DNA of 64,000 bases from Thecamonas trahens ATCC 50062 (Eukaryota > Protista > Apusomonadida): contig NW_013657623.1 in assembly GCF_000142905.1 (NCBI RefSeq), positions 183,337 to 247,336 on the forward strand, written 5' to 3'. The position numbers were made by a program, and so were the translations under genes. Shown here piece by piece: positions 20,565-33,900 of the stretch. Every line of letters starts with the position of its first letter. Within the stretch, counting starts at the first letter, position 1. The notes beneath the pieces were generated by a model that saw nothing but the letters and a program-made list of their open reading frames with translations, did no database searches and was not told the origin of the DNA.

Positions 20565-22373
20565 ATGGCGGGCAAGAAACCGACTCGCGAGCACTGGCGG
20601 CCAAACGAGTCTGCCACACACTGTTCCCACCCCGGCTGTGGCACAGCATTCACCTTCTTCTCCCGCCGCCACCATTGCCGAAAGTACGACCCTTTTCCAC
20701 CTCCCGCCCTCCCCTCCCCTTCTTCCCCCCCCCTCCCCCCCCTCCCCCTCCCTCCCTCCCTCCCTCCCCTCCCCTCCCCTCCTCACCCTCACCCTCACCC
20801 TCCCCTCTCCTCCACCCATTTCACTCCAACCAGATGTGGTAATATCTTCTGCTCGTCGCACTGCACAAAGGAGCTTCAGCTGAACCAAGACGCCGAGCCG
20901 TGCCTGGCCGACGGCACGTTCTGCAGAGTGTGCGACCCGTGTCACGCCATCGGCTACTCTGAGGTTCTGCCGCTGTCTGCGGCTGCAGCTGCGGCTGCAG
21001 CGGCTACATCGACCGAAGCTGCGGCGGCGGCTGCTGGTCTTCCGATTGACGCGGCCCATGCGCGACATCACAACCCTTCGCATCCATCGTACGGCGGCCT
21101 GCCGGTGGCGATGGCGGTGCCAGTGGATGTCGGCCCGGCCCGGTTTGCGCTGGCCAACCCTGAGCATGTGCCGAGCGAGGTGGCGACCGACGCCGGCGAG
21201 GCGGTTGCGGTGGGTAGCGTCATTGATGACGTCCGCACCGTGTTTGACAACCTCAATCTCGTTGCCGAGCTCGTCCATCAGCTGCCGACGCTCGAGGCCA
21301 AGTTTGAGGTCGTGATCGAGAACCGGTCTGCGCTGGACGCCGGTCTGCCCATCCTCAACCACGCGCTCACGCTCTTTTCCGCGCTCCTCGACGGCGACTC
21401 GCTGAGAGACGCCCCGTCGGTGTACAACTACTTTGTGCTTGCCAGCAAGGACATCGCCGCCGCCATCGACTGGCTCGGCCGCATCGACGACGTTGTTCTG
21501 AGCGCACCCATCGCCGCTCCCGCTACTGCTGCGGCAGTTGCGGCGAACGAGCTCAGCGGTGGGGCCGGCGCCGGCGCCGGCTCTTGCTCCGACTCGGACA
21601 GCGAGTCGCACGATCTTGTGGCGGCGCCTGCTGCAGCTACGCTCCCGCCGTCGCGCCCTGCTCCCGCCTTTACGCCTGCTCCTCCCGCTGCAGTCAGCGA
21701 CAACACAACGACCTCGGCTGTTGCTACGCTTGTGGCCAAGCATGAGGCCGACGTCGAGGCAACAGTGACGAGCCTACTCGGCGCAAGCGACGCCGACCGC
21801 GAGGCGCTGCAGCAGCAGCTGCGCTACCAGCGCAAGCGGCTGCGGGCCGACGCGGCGCGGGTGGCGGCCATGGACGCTTCAGTCCTTGCCGAGGACGACC
21901 GGCTCCGGTTCAGCCAGCGGCTCGCGTCGGTTGGCGAGTACCTCGAAGGCTACGCCGCGAGCGTCCTCGCCGCAGGCTTTGAAGACGTGACCGGGCGCGT
22001 GTCGGCGCTGGAGGAGTCGTTCTACAATCTCCTCACCGCGCTTGATGCGCTCGACTCGAGCGACGAGGCCGGCGCCGCCGCTATCTCGGCCGACATCAAA
22101 GAGGCCGGCAAGAAGTATGCAAGCTACCGCTCCGAGCTCTCGGCCGCCGCCGCCTCGGCCGCCTCCCCCATCACCGCCGACGAGGCCGCCCGCGGCATCG
22201 ACCGCATCGAAGACCTCCAGGAAAACCTCGCCGAGCTCATCCGTACGTGCGAGAAGAAGTTTGGCTCGCTCGTTAACTTTGGACGGACCGGCGGCGACGA
22301 TGCCTCGTCGTCTCGTCTCCAGTCTGCCCGCATCGTCCACGCCCAGGTCGCCGACGACATGTTTCGCCTCTAG
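20565..22373 (+). CDS. FYVE zinc-finger protein with a helical C-terminus; intron 20684-20833
   Basis: HWRPN..C..C..FTFFSRRHHCRK|CGNIFC..C..RVCDPC is restored by splicing GTACGA..CAG (150 nt). Confidence 0.88.
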   Translation: MAGKKPTREHWRPNESATHCSHPGCGTAFTFFSRRHHCRKYDPFPPPALPSPSSPPLPPLPLPPSLPPLPSPPHPHPHPPLSSTHFTPTRCGNIFCSSHCTKELQLNQDAEPCLADGTFCRVCDPCHAIGYSEVLPLSAAAAAAAAATSTEAAAAAAGLPIDAAHARHHNPSHPSYGGLPVAMAVPVDVGPARFALANPEHVPSEVATDAGEAVAVGSVIDDVRTVFDNLNLVAELVHQLPTLEAKFEVVIENRSALDAGLPILNHALTLFSALLDGDSLRDAPSVYNYFVLASKDIAAAIDWLGRIDDVVLSAPIAAPATAAAVAANELSGGAGAGAGSCSDSDSESHDLVAAPAAATLPPSRPAPAFTPAPPAAVSDNTTTSAVATLVAKHEADVEATVTSLLGASDADREALQQQLRYQRKRLRADAARVAAMDASVLAEDDRLRFSQRLASVGEYLEGYAASVLAAGFEDVTGRVSALEESFYNLLTALDALDSSDEAGAAAISADIKEAGKKYASYRSELSAAAASAASPITADEAARGIDRIEDLQENLAELIRTCEKKFGSLVNFGRTGGDDASSSRLQSARIVHAQVADDMFRL

Positions 22374-22854
22374 CAGCTGGCGAGCGGCTTGGCCTTGTCG
22401 GCAGCATGAGCGGCGAAAAAAAAGACGAGGCGCGCCGTCAACCCGAAAAAACATCGCCAAAAAGGGCTCCGCCGGCCTGCCCCCGTTGCCTGTGCGAGGG
22501 CTTGCTCTCACTTGAGCCGCGGCCACCACTCGTCTGCCCGGACAGCGGCCGCGGCAGCGACACTGCAGCAGCTTCCTCGTCACCAGCACCAGGCCCCTCT
22601 CCCTCTCCCGCCCCTCTCCTCTCTCCTCAGCGTGCTCCTCCGCTCTACCTCCCCCTGAATCTCCCGCTACACCACCACCCGTCTCCTCGCCCCGCCGCCA
22701 CCTGAGTCGCCGAAAACCGACTTTTTTTGCAGCCTCTTTCGCATTCCTTTTCCGACAAACGCTCTTCGATTCCCAGCCCTTTCCGCTTTGTCACGGTCTG
22801 TGTCACGGCACGAGGCCTCGAAAAAATTTGCTCCTGATTGACTCGATCGTCCTC

Positions 22855-24960
22855 ATGGCTCTCTCCACTGCCTCGGTCCACCAGGCGAGCGCCTCGCCGC
22901 AACATCCGGCCCCCGCCCCCACGGCTCCGTCATCGCCCTCGCCCTCGCCCTCGCCCTCGTCCGACTCGGTCCGTCGCCCTTCACGCCGTCGCGCCGCCAC
23001 CGCCGTCAAGTCGTATCGCGAGGACAAGCTCGCCGCCGCTGCCAAAGCCACAGTCAAGAGCACGGAAAAAGCCTCCGTGCCGCCGTCACGCAAGCGCAAG
23101 CGCTCTGCCTCGTCGACCACGGCCTCATCATCGCCCAAAGCGACTGCTCGCGCCTCGCCGTCTGCGCCTCTCCCCGCATCCGCGCCTGTTGACAACAGCA
23201 ATAGCAGCAGCAACGCGCCAGCCGGCCTTGCGTCGCCGTCTCCGGCACAAACACCTGCGCCGGCAGCAGCGACAACGTCGCCGACGCCTGCGGCGCAGAG
23301 CACCGAGAACGCTGCTCCCGACGCCGGCCCGCCGCGCAAGCGCGTCCGAACCCTCAACTCGTTTAAGCTGCCACCGGGCCCGCAGATTGTGCCCCCGGCG
23401 TCGGCTGGGCTCTCGGCCTGCCGGCACCTCCACTGCACCTGGGCGTCACACGCGTCGACCGCCCCCGCCCGCAAGGCCAACACCCTCATCCACGAGACCT
23501 CGTGGCAGAAGCACGAGCGCCACTACTTTCGCCACGGCTCCTCTTGCGGCCTCTGCTCGCAGATCATCTCCCGCGGCGACTGGCCCATGGCCAGCCCCGC
23601 CCGCTCGCCGGGCGCCTCGGGCCGCACCACCTCACTCCTGCCCTCGCCAACTGTCCGCGCGGCGCTCGGGTCGCCGGGCCGGGCGGCCACCTCGGTCGCC
23701 CGCAGCTCGCTGCACCCGCCCCCACTCGCCACTTCGCCTCGAGGCAACACTGTTGCGGCAGGGCCCAAGCCGGCATCGGGTGCCAAGCGGTCGCCGGCAC
23801 GCTCAAGCGAGACCAAGCCGCGGTCGCGATCCCGGACATCCGGTACCGTCGGCAAGTGCTCGCACATCCATTGCAACTTTGAGTCGTCGCGCCGGCAGAA
23901 CGTGACCCGGCACGAGGCCTCGCTCCACGCGCACCGCAAGCACTTTGCCCACCACTCCAAGGCCTGCGCCCGCTGCCACGAGTTTGTCTCGTCAGGTGCA
24001 TGGCCCGCAGACGGCATCCTCACCCGCGGCACCACCGCAGCCACCGCCACCTCGGCCATCCGGCGCCAGCGCCTCGCCAACCGTGAGCAGGCTGCCCGCG
24101 GCGGCGGAGGCGGCCCCGTCCCCGCCCCTGCCCCCGTCCCTGCCCCTGCCCGCCTGTCACACCCAAAACCCGCTGCGGTCTCACCGCTCGCATCACCGCG
24201 CTTCACCATGGGCTCCAGTTCGGCCAAGCGCCGGTTTGAAGCCGCAGCCGCCTCCTCGCCGCTCGCCTCTACTCCGGTCCTCGGTCTCGCTGTTGACCCG
24301 TTGTCCGAGTCCCCGGCCCGTCCGCGATCTCCCCGCCGCAAGTCCACCAACTACAAGGCGCTCGTTTCCAAAGTCCTCCGCAAGCTCAACTCCAAGCCGG
24401 TCCCGTCTTCGCTCGAACTGGTCCGGCTCGCCTCGCTCTCCGACACGGTCGTCGTCGACATTCCACCCGACTTTGTCACCCGCTCCGAGGAGCGCGCAAA
24501 GACCCGTGCGTACCATCGCCAGCGCTACGGCGTCGCTTCCAACACAGACTCGGACTCGTCGTCAGACTCGTACTCTGTCGTCGACCGTACGCACACTCTC
24601 TCCTCCGCCTCTAGCGCCGCCGCTTCCGACTCGGCGCCGGGCTTCGCCGCAGACTCGGCTGCTCGCGCTCCGCTTGACCCGGATCGTCCCGCCCCGCCGC
24701 CCTTTGCCACCGCCCTTCCGCTGCCGACCTCGGCGTGTCCCGCAAAGCTCTCGGCATCGTTCCGCGCCCTCGACGGCGCCATTGCAGAGTTTGGCTCGAC
24801 GCTCCGCAAGCCGGCTCCGCCGGCGCCGCCAGCCCTCCACAACCGCCTCGCAGACCTTGAGGACGCCCTCGACTCGATTGGCGACGCTCTCTACGTCCTT
24901 CGCGCCTCGCGCCGCCTCCGCCCCCGTCCGCTCGTCTTCCCTTTCACTAACCAACCCTAG
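22855..24960 (+). CDS. Low-complexity, probably nuclear protein with two atypical Cys/His zinc-binding repeats
   Basis: Long ORF with NLS-like RKRKR and PPRKRVR. Repeats CRHLHC..HETSWQKHERHYFRHGSSCGLC and CSHIHC..HEASLHAHRKHFAHHSKACARC. Confidence 0.7.
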   Translation: MALSTASVHQASASPQHPAPAPTAPSSPSPSPSPSSDSVRRPSRRRAATAVKSYREDKLAAAAKATVKSTEKASVPPSRKRKRSASSTTASSSPKATARASPSAPLPASAPVDNSNSSSNAPAGLASPSPAQTPAPAAATTSPTPAAQSTENAAPDAGPPRKRVRTLNSFKLPPGPQIVPPASAGLSACRHLHCTWASHASTAPARKANTLIHETSWQKHERHYFRHGSSCGLCSQIISRGDWPMASPARSPGASGRTTSLLPSPTVRAALGSPGRAATSVARSSLHPPPLATSPRGNTVAAGPKPASGAKRSPARSSETKPRSRSRTSGTVGKCSHIHCNFESSRRQNVTRHEASLHAHRKHFAHHSKACARCHEFVSSGAWPADGILTRGTTAATATSAIRRQRLANREQAARGGGGGPVPAPAPVPAPARLSHPKPAAVSPLASPRFTMGSSSAKRRFEAAAASSPLASTPVLGLAVDPLSESPARPRSPRRKSTNYKALVSKVLRKLNSKPVPSSLELVRLASLSDTVVVDIPPDFVTRSEERAKTRAYHRQRYGVASNTDSDSSSDSYSVVDRTHTLSSASSAAASDSAPGFAADSAARAPLDPDRPAPPPFATALPLPTSACPAKLSASFRALDGAIAEFGSTLRKPAPPAPPALHNRLADLEDALDSIGDALYVLRASRRLRPRPLVFPFTNQP

Positions 24961-24998
24961 AAACACTCTTGTTTTTTGTCACTCACTCACTCTCTCTC

Positions 24999-27900
24999 TC
25001 ACAGCTCTGCCATCAGCACCTCGAGCGCGGTGTGCTGCTCCCGGCTGGCTCCCGACTCGCGCTCCTCGCTCGCCGCTGAAGCTTCGTCGCTGACAAGCAG
25101 GGCGTGGACAACAAGGACCTGCTGGAGCAGCTCCCACCACGCCTGCCACGCTGCTTGCACACGTGCCTGCTCCGGATGCGGAAGAACTCGCAGCAGCTCC
25201 AGATCCGGCGCAGCAAGTTTCTCTTGACCGGCCGCCTGCCGCGCCCGGTTCTCCTGCATCCAGTTCCGCCGCAGTGCCGTCTTGAGCTTGTCCACCACGT
25301 ACTCGGCATGGATCTCGTAGTTTTCCTGCACAAGCTTGGCCTTGCGCACCCCGGCCACGCCTTCGCCTGCAGGGTTTAGCTGCCGCAGCACCTCGCCGCC
25401 CAGCAACGTCGCCGCCTCGGCCTTGAGCGCCGCCACGCGGCTCTCCGCCCCGCCGCCGCGAGCAAGCAGCGCTGTTCCGCCGTTGCTCTCTGCAAGCTTG
25501 GCGTTGACAAACTGCGACAGCGGGAGACCCATCTCGCGCCTACTGCTTGGATCAGGACTCTCGCCGTCACCGTCGGTAGCCATCGCGTCCTCCATTTGTG
25601 CCACAGCCTCGCTCAGCAAGTCGTGCTCATCCCCAACATCGACCGTGCTGTCACCGCCGACCGACGCGCCGAGGCCGAGGCCACCCACCGACGTCGGCGG
25701 GCTGCCGAGGCCAAAGTCGGTCGACGACGAGCCTGTTGGCAGCTTGCTCAGCCGGGCCACAAAGTCTGCCGGAGACGCACCCGAGAACGACGTACCCGTC
25801 CGGACACTCACTGACGAAAACGCCGGGCCGCGGAAGCCGAGCTTGCGCATCCGCGACGAGACCGAGACGCCCAGCCGCGACGAGCCGGCTGCACCTGCTG
25901 CCGCGCGCAACACGCCACTGCTCCCCTTTCCTTCCAGATCAGAGCCACCACTGCCGTTCCGCTTGCTCCCGCCGCGGGTGCTACTCCCAGAGCTCACCAA
26001 CGAGTCAAACGATGGCAGCGCAGAGGCGCTACCTGGCGAGCCCGGGCGGAGCGAAGTGACGTGACTCGCCGAACCGCTGCCATCGCCACCCTCGACCCTA
26101 GGTGCTGGCGCAAATACACTGTCAACAACTCCTGGCCCGCTCGCCGCCAGCCGTCGGTTGCACTGGGCGCAGCCGAGCTCGCCTGATGCCAGCTGGCCGT
26201 GCCACGGTGACGAGCCGCGGATGGCGCCGTCGGCGCCCACAAGGCCCGCACCCTCGATGAATGGGCGGAGCAGGTGCAGGAGCCACTCAAGCTTGGCCCG
26301 TCCTGCCTCTAGAAGGGCAACACACGCGACCGACGACGGAACAACAGCCTGCGAGACACTCGCCGCCGCCACTGCCATCGACGGGCCAGGCAGCGGCCGC
26401 GCGGCGTGCCAAACCTCACGGATAACCAACGGGTCATTGACAAGCTTGCGCTTCTTGAACGCAATCTCCGGCGGCACCTTGCGCGGCTCATCACCGAGCG
26501 AGTACTCGAGCTGGTGTGTCGCAGTCCGGAGCCCCGCGTACGGGCCCACGAGATGTCCGTCAACTGAGCTCTCGCCGTCGGCCGACCGGAACGAGACGAG
26601 CGCAAACCCGTGGCTCGCGCCCTCCACCCCACGCAGCGGCGTGACCCACGATGTACCGGCGCTTCGACTTCCACGCATCGTCCGCTCGCCCGAGACCAGT
26701 GCCACCGCGTCCGGCACAAGAACTAGCGGCTTGCAAGAGACCTGGCTCTGTGACGCTATCAGCGGGTACACGTACAGCCCGCGCTCCGGAGAAAGCTGCG
26801 AGCTCGCCTCCCGGGCTGGGAGCACCACCGTCACGTCCATCGACGCCCACTTGGACCGCATTCGCATGCCAAAGGCCTCGACCGACTCGTCCCATGCTCC
26901 GCGAACCACGTGCCGCGAGTCGCGGAGCGTCGACGGCCACCCGGGACCGGCGAGGACTACACCGAACAGCCTTCCACCTATCCGCGGCACGTGTGCCGAC
27001 CGCCACGCACACGCGCTTGTCCAGCGCGCCATCTGTAGCGACAGTGCGAGGTTCGCCTGCTGCTCAAAGCCGCGTGTCACTCTTCGGAGCACCCGCTGTG
27101 CCGCGTCCCAGTGTCCACCAGTCACCAGCGCGCTTGCGCCACGGACCATCACCGCCTGCGCACGCGCGCCCGAGATCGGCACCTCGCTCAGCGACGGAAG
27201 CTCAGCCACCCGCCCGCGCCAGACGTCGACCACCCGTGCAGTCGCAGCGACGCGGTCTTCGGCTGCGGCTGCGTCGACAAACAGCGCTTCAAAGACCAGC
27301 GTGTACCCGATGACTGCCGCCGATGCACCCGCAGCGAGGTATACATGCCGAAGGAGCCGCACCAGCGTCTCGTACCCGCCGCATGCACGGGTCTGAACGT
27401 CTGACGGGGCGTCGAGAATCGAGTCGACCATGGAGTACGCCACGTGAGCCACCAGCTCGGGCCCAGCACCCGGAGCAACAAGCGCCTCGAGCATCGCCCC
27501 TTGGGCCTCGACACGGGCGCCGAGCTCTTGCAGCCCGCGCTGGAGATCGGTCACAAAACCGGGCCACGAGCCGCCGCCGGCACGGACGGCTACCGGCGCA
27601 TACCCGCAAAGAAGCGCGAGCCACGACGACATCTCCGGTGCTTGGCTCACGCTCCGGAGCTTGCGGACAACTGCTAGCCAGGCCTCGGTGGTAGCGGCTA
27701 CCGAGGCACCCGGCCGAAGCCATGCCCACTCGTCAGGGAGAACCAGCCGCTCTCCGTCGTCGCCGGCACCGGCTGCCGCATCGTCGAGAACGACTGGCGC
27801 GAGATGAGCAAAGACAGCATGAAGCGCGCTGCCGAGTGCTGTCGGCCGCCCGCTTCCCACCGCCTCGTTGACATGCAGCGCGAGAGCAAGACTAAACGCA

Positions 27901-30900
27901 GCATCGACCATGGCGTGGTCCCAAGCATGTGGCCTTCCAACGCAGCCTGAATACTAGCGGCAAGAAGCTGCTCAGCAAGGCCCGGTCGCGATCGGAGCAC
28001 GCCCTGTGAGACGAGAGCAAAGAGGCCCGCGAGCGCTTCCTGACGATGCGCAAGCGTGCGCTGAGCCAGAGCGTACTCGGCGTGGAATGCAACGGCGGAG
28101 AGTAGCGAGTCACCAAACAGTGACGGGCTCGCCACCCGGAGCTCGGCCGCTTGCACTTGTGCCACCAGCAGCTCGACAAGCGCGTCTAAGCACACCGCCT
28201 GTTCTCCTGGCACGCTGCGGCTCATGAGCGACTGGCCATAGTTGGCGAGCAGGAACATCGTGAGCTGCAAGCCGACAAGCGTCACCTGCGCCATGCCCGG
28301 GGTCGAGATCGCAAATTTCGAGTTAAACCGCAGCGGGAGACGGAGGAGCTCAACGAGAACAACAGGCCCGAGATGAGCGAGGCCCGACGGGTCCCTGCTT
28401 CCAGCACCCGTCCACGCCTCACGGACTCGCGCTGGCACCGCTGAAGCGCCACTGAGAACCTCATTGCGCCACGCGCGCGAGTCTTCGAGGCCGCTACAGA
28501 GCCCGTCGATAAAGTGCGCAAAGAGCGAGGCCGGGCCGGCACTGGCAGCAGTGCTCATCGAGAGGCGGACAACAGTCGCCTCGACAAGCGACGCTGTCGC
28601 TACAAACAGTGCGTCGAGCGAGCCAGCAAGGCCAACCGATGAGAGCCAGTGTGCATCGGCCATGACGACCGACGTCGAGCTAGCGAGGCGAAAGATGGCA
28701 ACGCTGAGTGCAGCGAGGAGCGTGCCCAAGTCGCTGATGACGCCCGCGGTAGCGCGAGGCTCGGCTGACGGCGACGCCGCTACGCACGCAACCCGCTCGT
28801 TGAGGTTGGCGGAAAAGCCCGCGCCGAGCGCTGCCACAACATCCGCCAGCGGCGCGAGCGTCAACACCAGCAAGTGCGTCGACGCCGAGTGGAGGAACTC
28901 CGAAACAAGGCCGATGACGTCGTGCAACAGCAAGGCCTGTACCGCAAACTCATGCGGCGCGAGCGAGTCAAACTTGGACAGCGCATAGCCATGAGCGATA
29001 GCCTCAAGCACCGCATGCAGCCCATTGAGCCGCTCGACCTGGAGATCACCAGGCGCGCCGTGGTCCTCAGGTACAACGAGGGAGGTGGGGAGCAGTTCGC
29101 GCCAGAGCGCCGCAACTTCGGATGCCGGCAAGACAGCGAGTACGCCCGGATACATGCGCGATGCGGCGCCAACGGCAGTGCTCAGCTCGGCGAGCTGAGC
29201 AGCAGCGAGGTGGCGGTGGTCGGCGCGCCACACCGAGTTGGCGAGGCCATGGCCAAACGAGGAGGCCAACGTTGCCCAGTAACTTGCGTCGAGCTCGTTG
29301 GCAAAGTGCGGGGCCTGGCTTGGCGCGGCAGCCAGCGAAGCGCCAAGTGTGATCATGTAGCCAATGACGGTAGCAGCCGAGTGCCACTCGGGCGCAGCCG
29401 TGCCCGCATCGCTCGAGGGCTGTGCGAGAGGCTGAACCGGCGAGGCCGGGCGCGCGCCCTGGCAGACAAGCGCAAGTTTGGCGTCCAGATAGGCGCGAAG
29501 AAAGGCTGGGTCGAGACACTCCCACACAAACGAAACAAAAGAGTCCTGTAGCGCCTCGGATGCCGCGTGCGGGAGGGTCATGGCAAGGACGAGCGAGTGG
29601 AAGACAGCAAAAAGCGCAGTGAGCGCCCGGGGCTCGGCGGGATGGGCGCCCGAGTTGGTGGCGAGGTCGTAGAACTCGTTGATGCGGTAGGTGAGGAAGC
29701 CGTGGAACTTGTACAGGTCAAACGGGGATGCGTTGTGTAGCAGACGCCCACCCGATGCCACCAGTGTGGCCAGCTGGCCTGGCCCGATTTCGGGCTCGAG
29801 GAGAAAGTGGACGTTTGCGTCGTCAAGCACCTCCCCCGAGACCACATGGACGGCGAGCATGAGCGGCGTTGACCAGCCGGTGGCGACCGAGCCGGAAGGA
29901 GCGCCCGGCGGTGGGACACCGAGGTAGTACGGGACGGTCGTTGTCGGCTCTTCCTGCAGCGCATGGGCACACGCCGGTGTGAGGTCGGTCCTGTGCGGGG
30001 CACCTTGCCACATGCGATGTGGCGATGGCGCCGGCGGACTGCCCGGGTACACAACAAGCTCGTACTCATTGTCGGAGCGCATCTTGCCCTCACCAGCGTA
30101 GAGGTTGAGAAATGCATAGGCAAAGGTGGTCGATCCGGGCATGGGCTCGCCGGCGGGAGCGGCGGAGGCCGACGAGCTCGGCGCCACAAAGCGGAAGAGG
30201 AGATGGGCGGAAAAGTCAGCGAGCGAGACCGAGGGAATGTCAAACTCGATCATGTGGTTGGCCTCGCGGGTGGCGCGGGTGACTGGATATGAGCCGACAA
30301 TGACCCAGCGCGAGGCGCCGTCGATGGCGGCGGTGGATCCTACGCCGTGGGCGAGTGACGACGCCGAACGGTTGAAAGCTTGGCCGAGGAGAACGACGAG
30401 TTGAGGTTCGGCGACGGACTGCCGTCGGCGGCAGAGTCACGCGCGACAGCTCGAAACGGCGCACCCGATCCGTCGAGCAGAGCGCATGTAATCCAGAACA
30501 CTTGCGGGATGTCAATGTCGCCAGACTGAAGAACAAGCGACATCATGGTCTTCATGTGGAGCGTGACGTAGAGGTTGTTGCGAACATGCGGCGGAATGAC
30601 GTCGTCGGTCTCGAGCGCCATCGACGAGGTCGGGTAGTACGAGACAACCTCGCAGCAGTCTTCGAGGACGACGCCCTCGAGGGCGGCCGAAGTCGGGACG
30701 ACACTTCCGGCCTCCATGGCGCGGGCGGCAGCGGCTAGCGCCTTGTCCATCACTTTGGTGGGAAGGAGCGAGCGGGCAAGGGCACCGAGCTGGAGCGTGC
30801 CGTGAGCCGGAATGTCAATGCCTGCGGCGGCGACTTCGGGCGTGATGACCGGGGTGGGGAGTTGTGGTGGCGATGGAACGAGGGTAAAATGGAACTCAAG

Positions 30901-33900
30901 CGGGACAAAGAGCGCCTCGTCCGAGAGGTGCGCATAGACGTCGGGCATGATGGCTTGGAGCGCGACGGTGACGTTGACCTTGCGGTGGGGGACAACAACA
31001 GTGGTGGGGAGGAGCGGGTTCTCCGACGCTGACTCTTCAAAGCCTGACGACGGCTGGCGCGGCGGAACAGGGCCAAACTGGGCCTCGAGCGCCGCCGCAA
31101 GGCCAATGGGGTCGGTAGAGGCAGCATGGTCTCCGACCGGAGCGTCAAAAAGAGCCGCGAGGCCAGCGCCTCCAGCCGACGTCGCCAACGCGTTAAGCAG
31201 AGCGTTGGGCGAGGTGGGGCGGAGTTGAAGCGGGATCTTGACTCGTGCGAGTGGAAAGAGGCCGCGAAAGAGAAAGACGGTGAGGTAGACTGCCGACTCG
31301 GCGAGGCCAGCGGTGGCGTTGGAGAAGAGCGCAGAGAACGGGCCTTCGTGGCAATGATCGAGTCATCCAGCGGGTGAAGCGGGACGTCCTCGAGGCCTGG
31401 AGCGAGCGCGTGCTCGGCTGACGTGTGCGAGTGGTGGTAGTGCGGGTGGACGAGCTGGGCGCGGGCGAGTGCGGCGAGCTGTTCGCTCGACGGCGCAGGG
31501 TCGACCAGCGGCTGCACAGAGGCCGGCGATACCTGGCTTGGGTTGACAAGGGCGTCAAGCGAGATGTTGTAGTCGTTGGAGATGCGGACGTCACGATCAT
31601 CCCAGAGCGCGATCTTGAGGCGGAGCTTTCCAGGCGAGGGCGGAAGATCAAGGAGAGCTGAGACACGATCGAGGGCGGTGAGAAACGAGGCACCGAGAGG
31701 ACGCGACGAGACCAGCGTGGCCATGAGCGACATGGGCTCAGGCGACGGAACAGGGCCGAGCGCAAACGGGCGCCAGCCCGGAAGCATCCGCACAAAGTTG
31801 TCGCGGTAGATCGATGCAGCAGCAATCGACGGCATGGGTGAGGCATTCATGTGGCGCATGTAGCCCTCCCACACCGGGGAGCAGTCTGGAACGCTCGGCA
31901 GCTGGCGAAGCCTGTTGCTCGTGGCCGGAACGTCTGGGTCGGCGATGAGGCCAGCGAGCGCCGGACGGGCTGGCTTGCCCCGGCCGAGGTCCCAGGTGAG
32001 ATGCGGCGATGTGGAGGCGAGAGAGAGCAGTGGTGGAGCGCGCGCGGTCTCGGGCTCGCCGGTCTCAGAGACGGTGAAAACGAACGGCTTGGTGCGGAGA
32101 AGGAACATGGCCGGTAGCGGGGTGCGGGCAAGAGCCGGGACGGCGCGTGACGGACGGGCAAAGGTGGCGATCCACTCCCGAGCGACCGCGAGCGAGGCTA
32201 GCGCCGGCTGCGATGGCGACGATGGCGCCGGGACATGTGGAATCATGACCGGCGGATTCGACTCAATGGCGACGACGGCGTCAGCTGGCGCCAGCCAAGA
32301 CGTCTCGCCGGTCCGGGCGCAGTAGTAGAAGTAGAGGTTAGTCTGAGGATCGAGGTAGCGGGCCCATCCGGAGCGAGACGAGAAGAGTGCGAGTTGGATG
32401 ACGTGGCGGTCGTCGGTGTCTGGCTGAGTGACCGGCGGCATGAGCGACGGATGAGTGGTGGTGGTGGTACCCGAGGCGGCGTCGGTGTAGAAGCAAGAGA
32501 ACGAGGCCAAATCGACCTGCCGCTGCCAGCCGGCCGGCAACGGGACGTCAACGTGCCAATGGTTGGCGTCAAGCGGCTTGGAAGCGGCGGCGAGGTCGGG
32601 ATCACCAAGGTGCTCCGTGAGGCGGGCAGACTGTGTCCTGTCAATAGGCTCCGGCGGCTTGTCTGCACGCAGTTCTGACGCAACGATGGCAGTGTCGAGG
32701 GCGGCAGGAGAGAGCGATACAAATGGGATTGATGAGTTGAGGACATCGTCCAGTCGGATGACGCTGGCATCAAAGTTGGCAGCAATCGACTGGGCAACGA
32801 TGTCGTTCGACGGCTGAGCACGGAGCTCAGGGTAGGAGACCGGAGCGTCCGAATCAGTAGGCCCATGTGTGCCGGCTGCATGCGGTTGACGGGCGGTGCG
32901 GCGGCGGAGGTGGAGCTTGTGAGGAGAGACTGGTGATTGATGCGGTGCAGCGGCCGGCTTGGGTGGCGGCGACGGCGATGATGGCGACGACGGCGGCGAG
33001 GCCGATGATGACGATGGCGTTAACGGCGGCGAGATTGCTTCGGGCGCGGGAAAGTCCGACGATTGGATGGCCGGAGTAGCCGGGACAACGTTGACCTTGG
33101 GAAATGGCGGTTCGGCGGGTGTGGCTTGTGGGCGACCGCCACGGCGCTGTCGAAGCAGCTTGAGCCGCTCAGCACGCGGGAGCTTGGCGAGCTCAGCAGA
33201 TGAGAGCGTCGACGAGCCAGACGCGCTGTCGTTGCGCTGTGCATTGGCGGTACTGGGATTGCGGCGGGCGCGAAGGCGAGCAAGCCGCTCTTCACGGGTG
33301 AGCGGGCGCGGAGAGCTGGTGTCATCCTGTACTGACTCGCCGTCACGGACGCGACGGAGGCGAGCCAGGCGGGCGGCGCGTGACTCGGTAGACTGCGAGT
33401 GAGCGGCGCGTGCGGCAACAACGGCATCAGCAGCACCGGTGGGGCCAGAGGTGGTGACAATGCGGGAAGAGCGTCCAGTCTTGCGGGCGGCGACCAGGTC
33501 GGCGATGGCGCGGGTGTTTGGCACGGGCGACGGGTCGGCGAGCTTAGTTTCCGAACCAGAGGTCGAGACCACAACTGCAAGGCCGGAATGATGTGGCGGC
33601 GAGCTTGAGCTCGACGGAGTCGGCGAGCTCGACGAGCTGGACGATGAAGAAGAGTGCGAAGCCGAGGGCGATCGCGATCGTGAGATGTGGCCGTCGGACG
33701 ATGAGTCTGAATCGGAGGCTGATGAAGGGAGCGTGAGCCGAAACGACGCCGGAACAGCAAGGGTTGATCGCTTTGCCATTCGTGCGGCATCACGGGCCTT
33801 GGCCGACGTCGGGCTGTGGTTGTCCGCCGTCTCCTTTGACCTCCGCCCGGGCGAAGCAAACGACGCCAGATCGTCTTCAAGCGAGGCGAGTGTACCTCTT

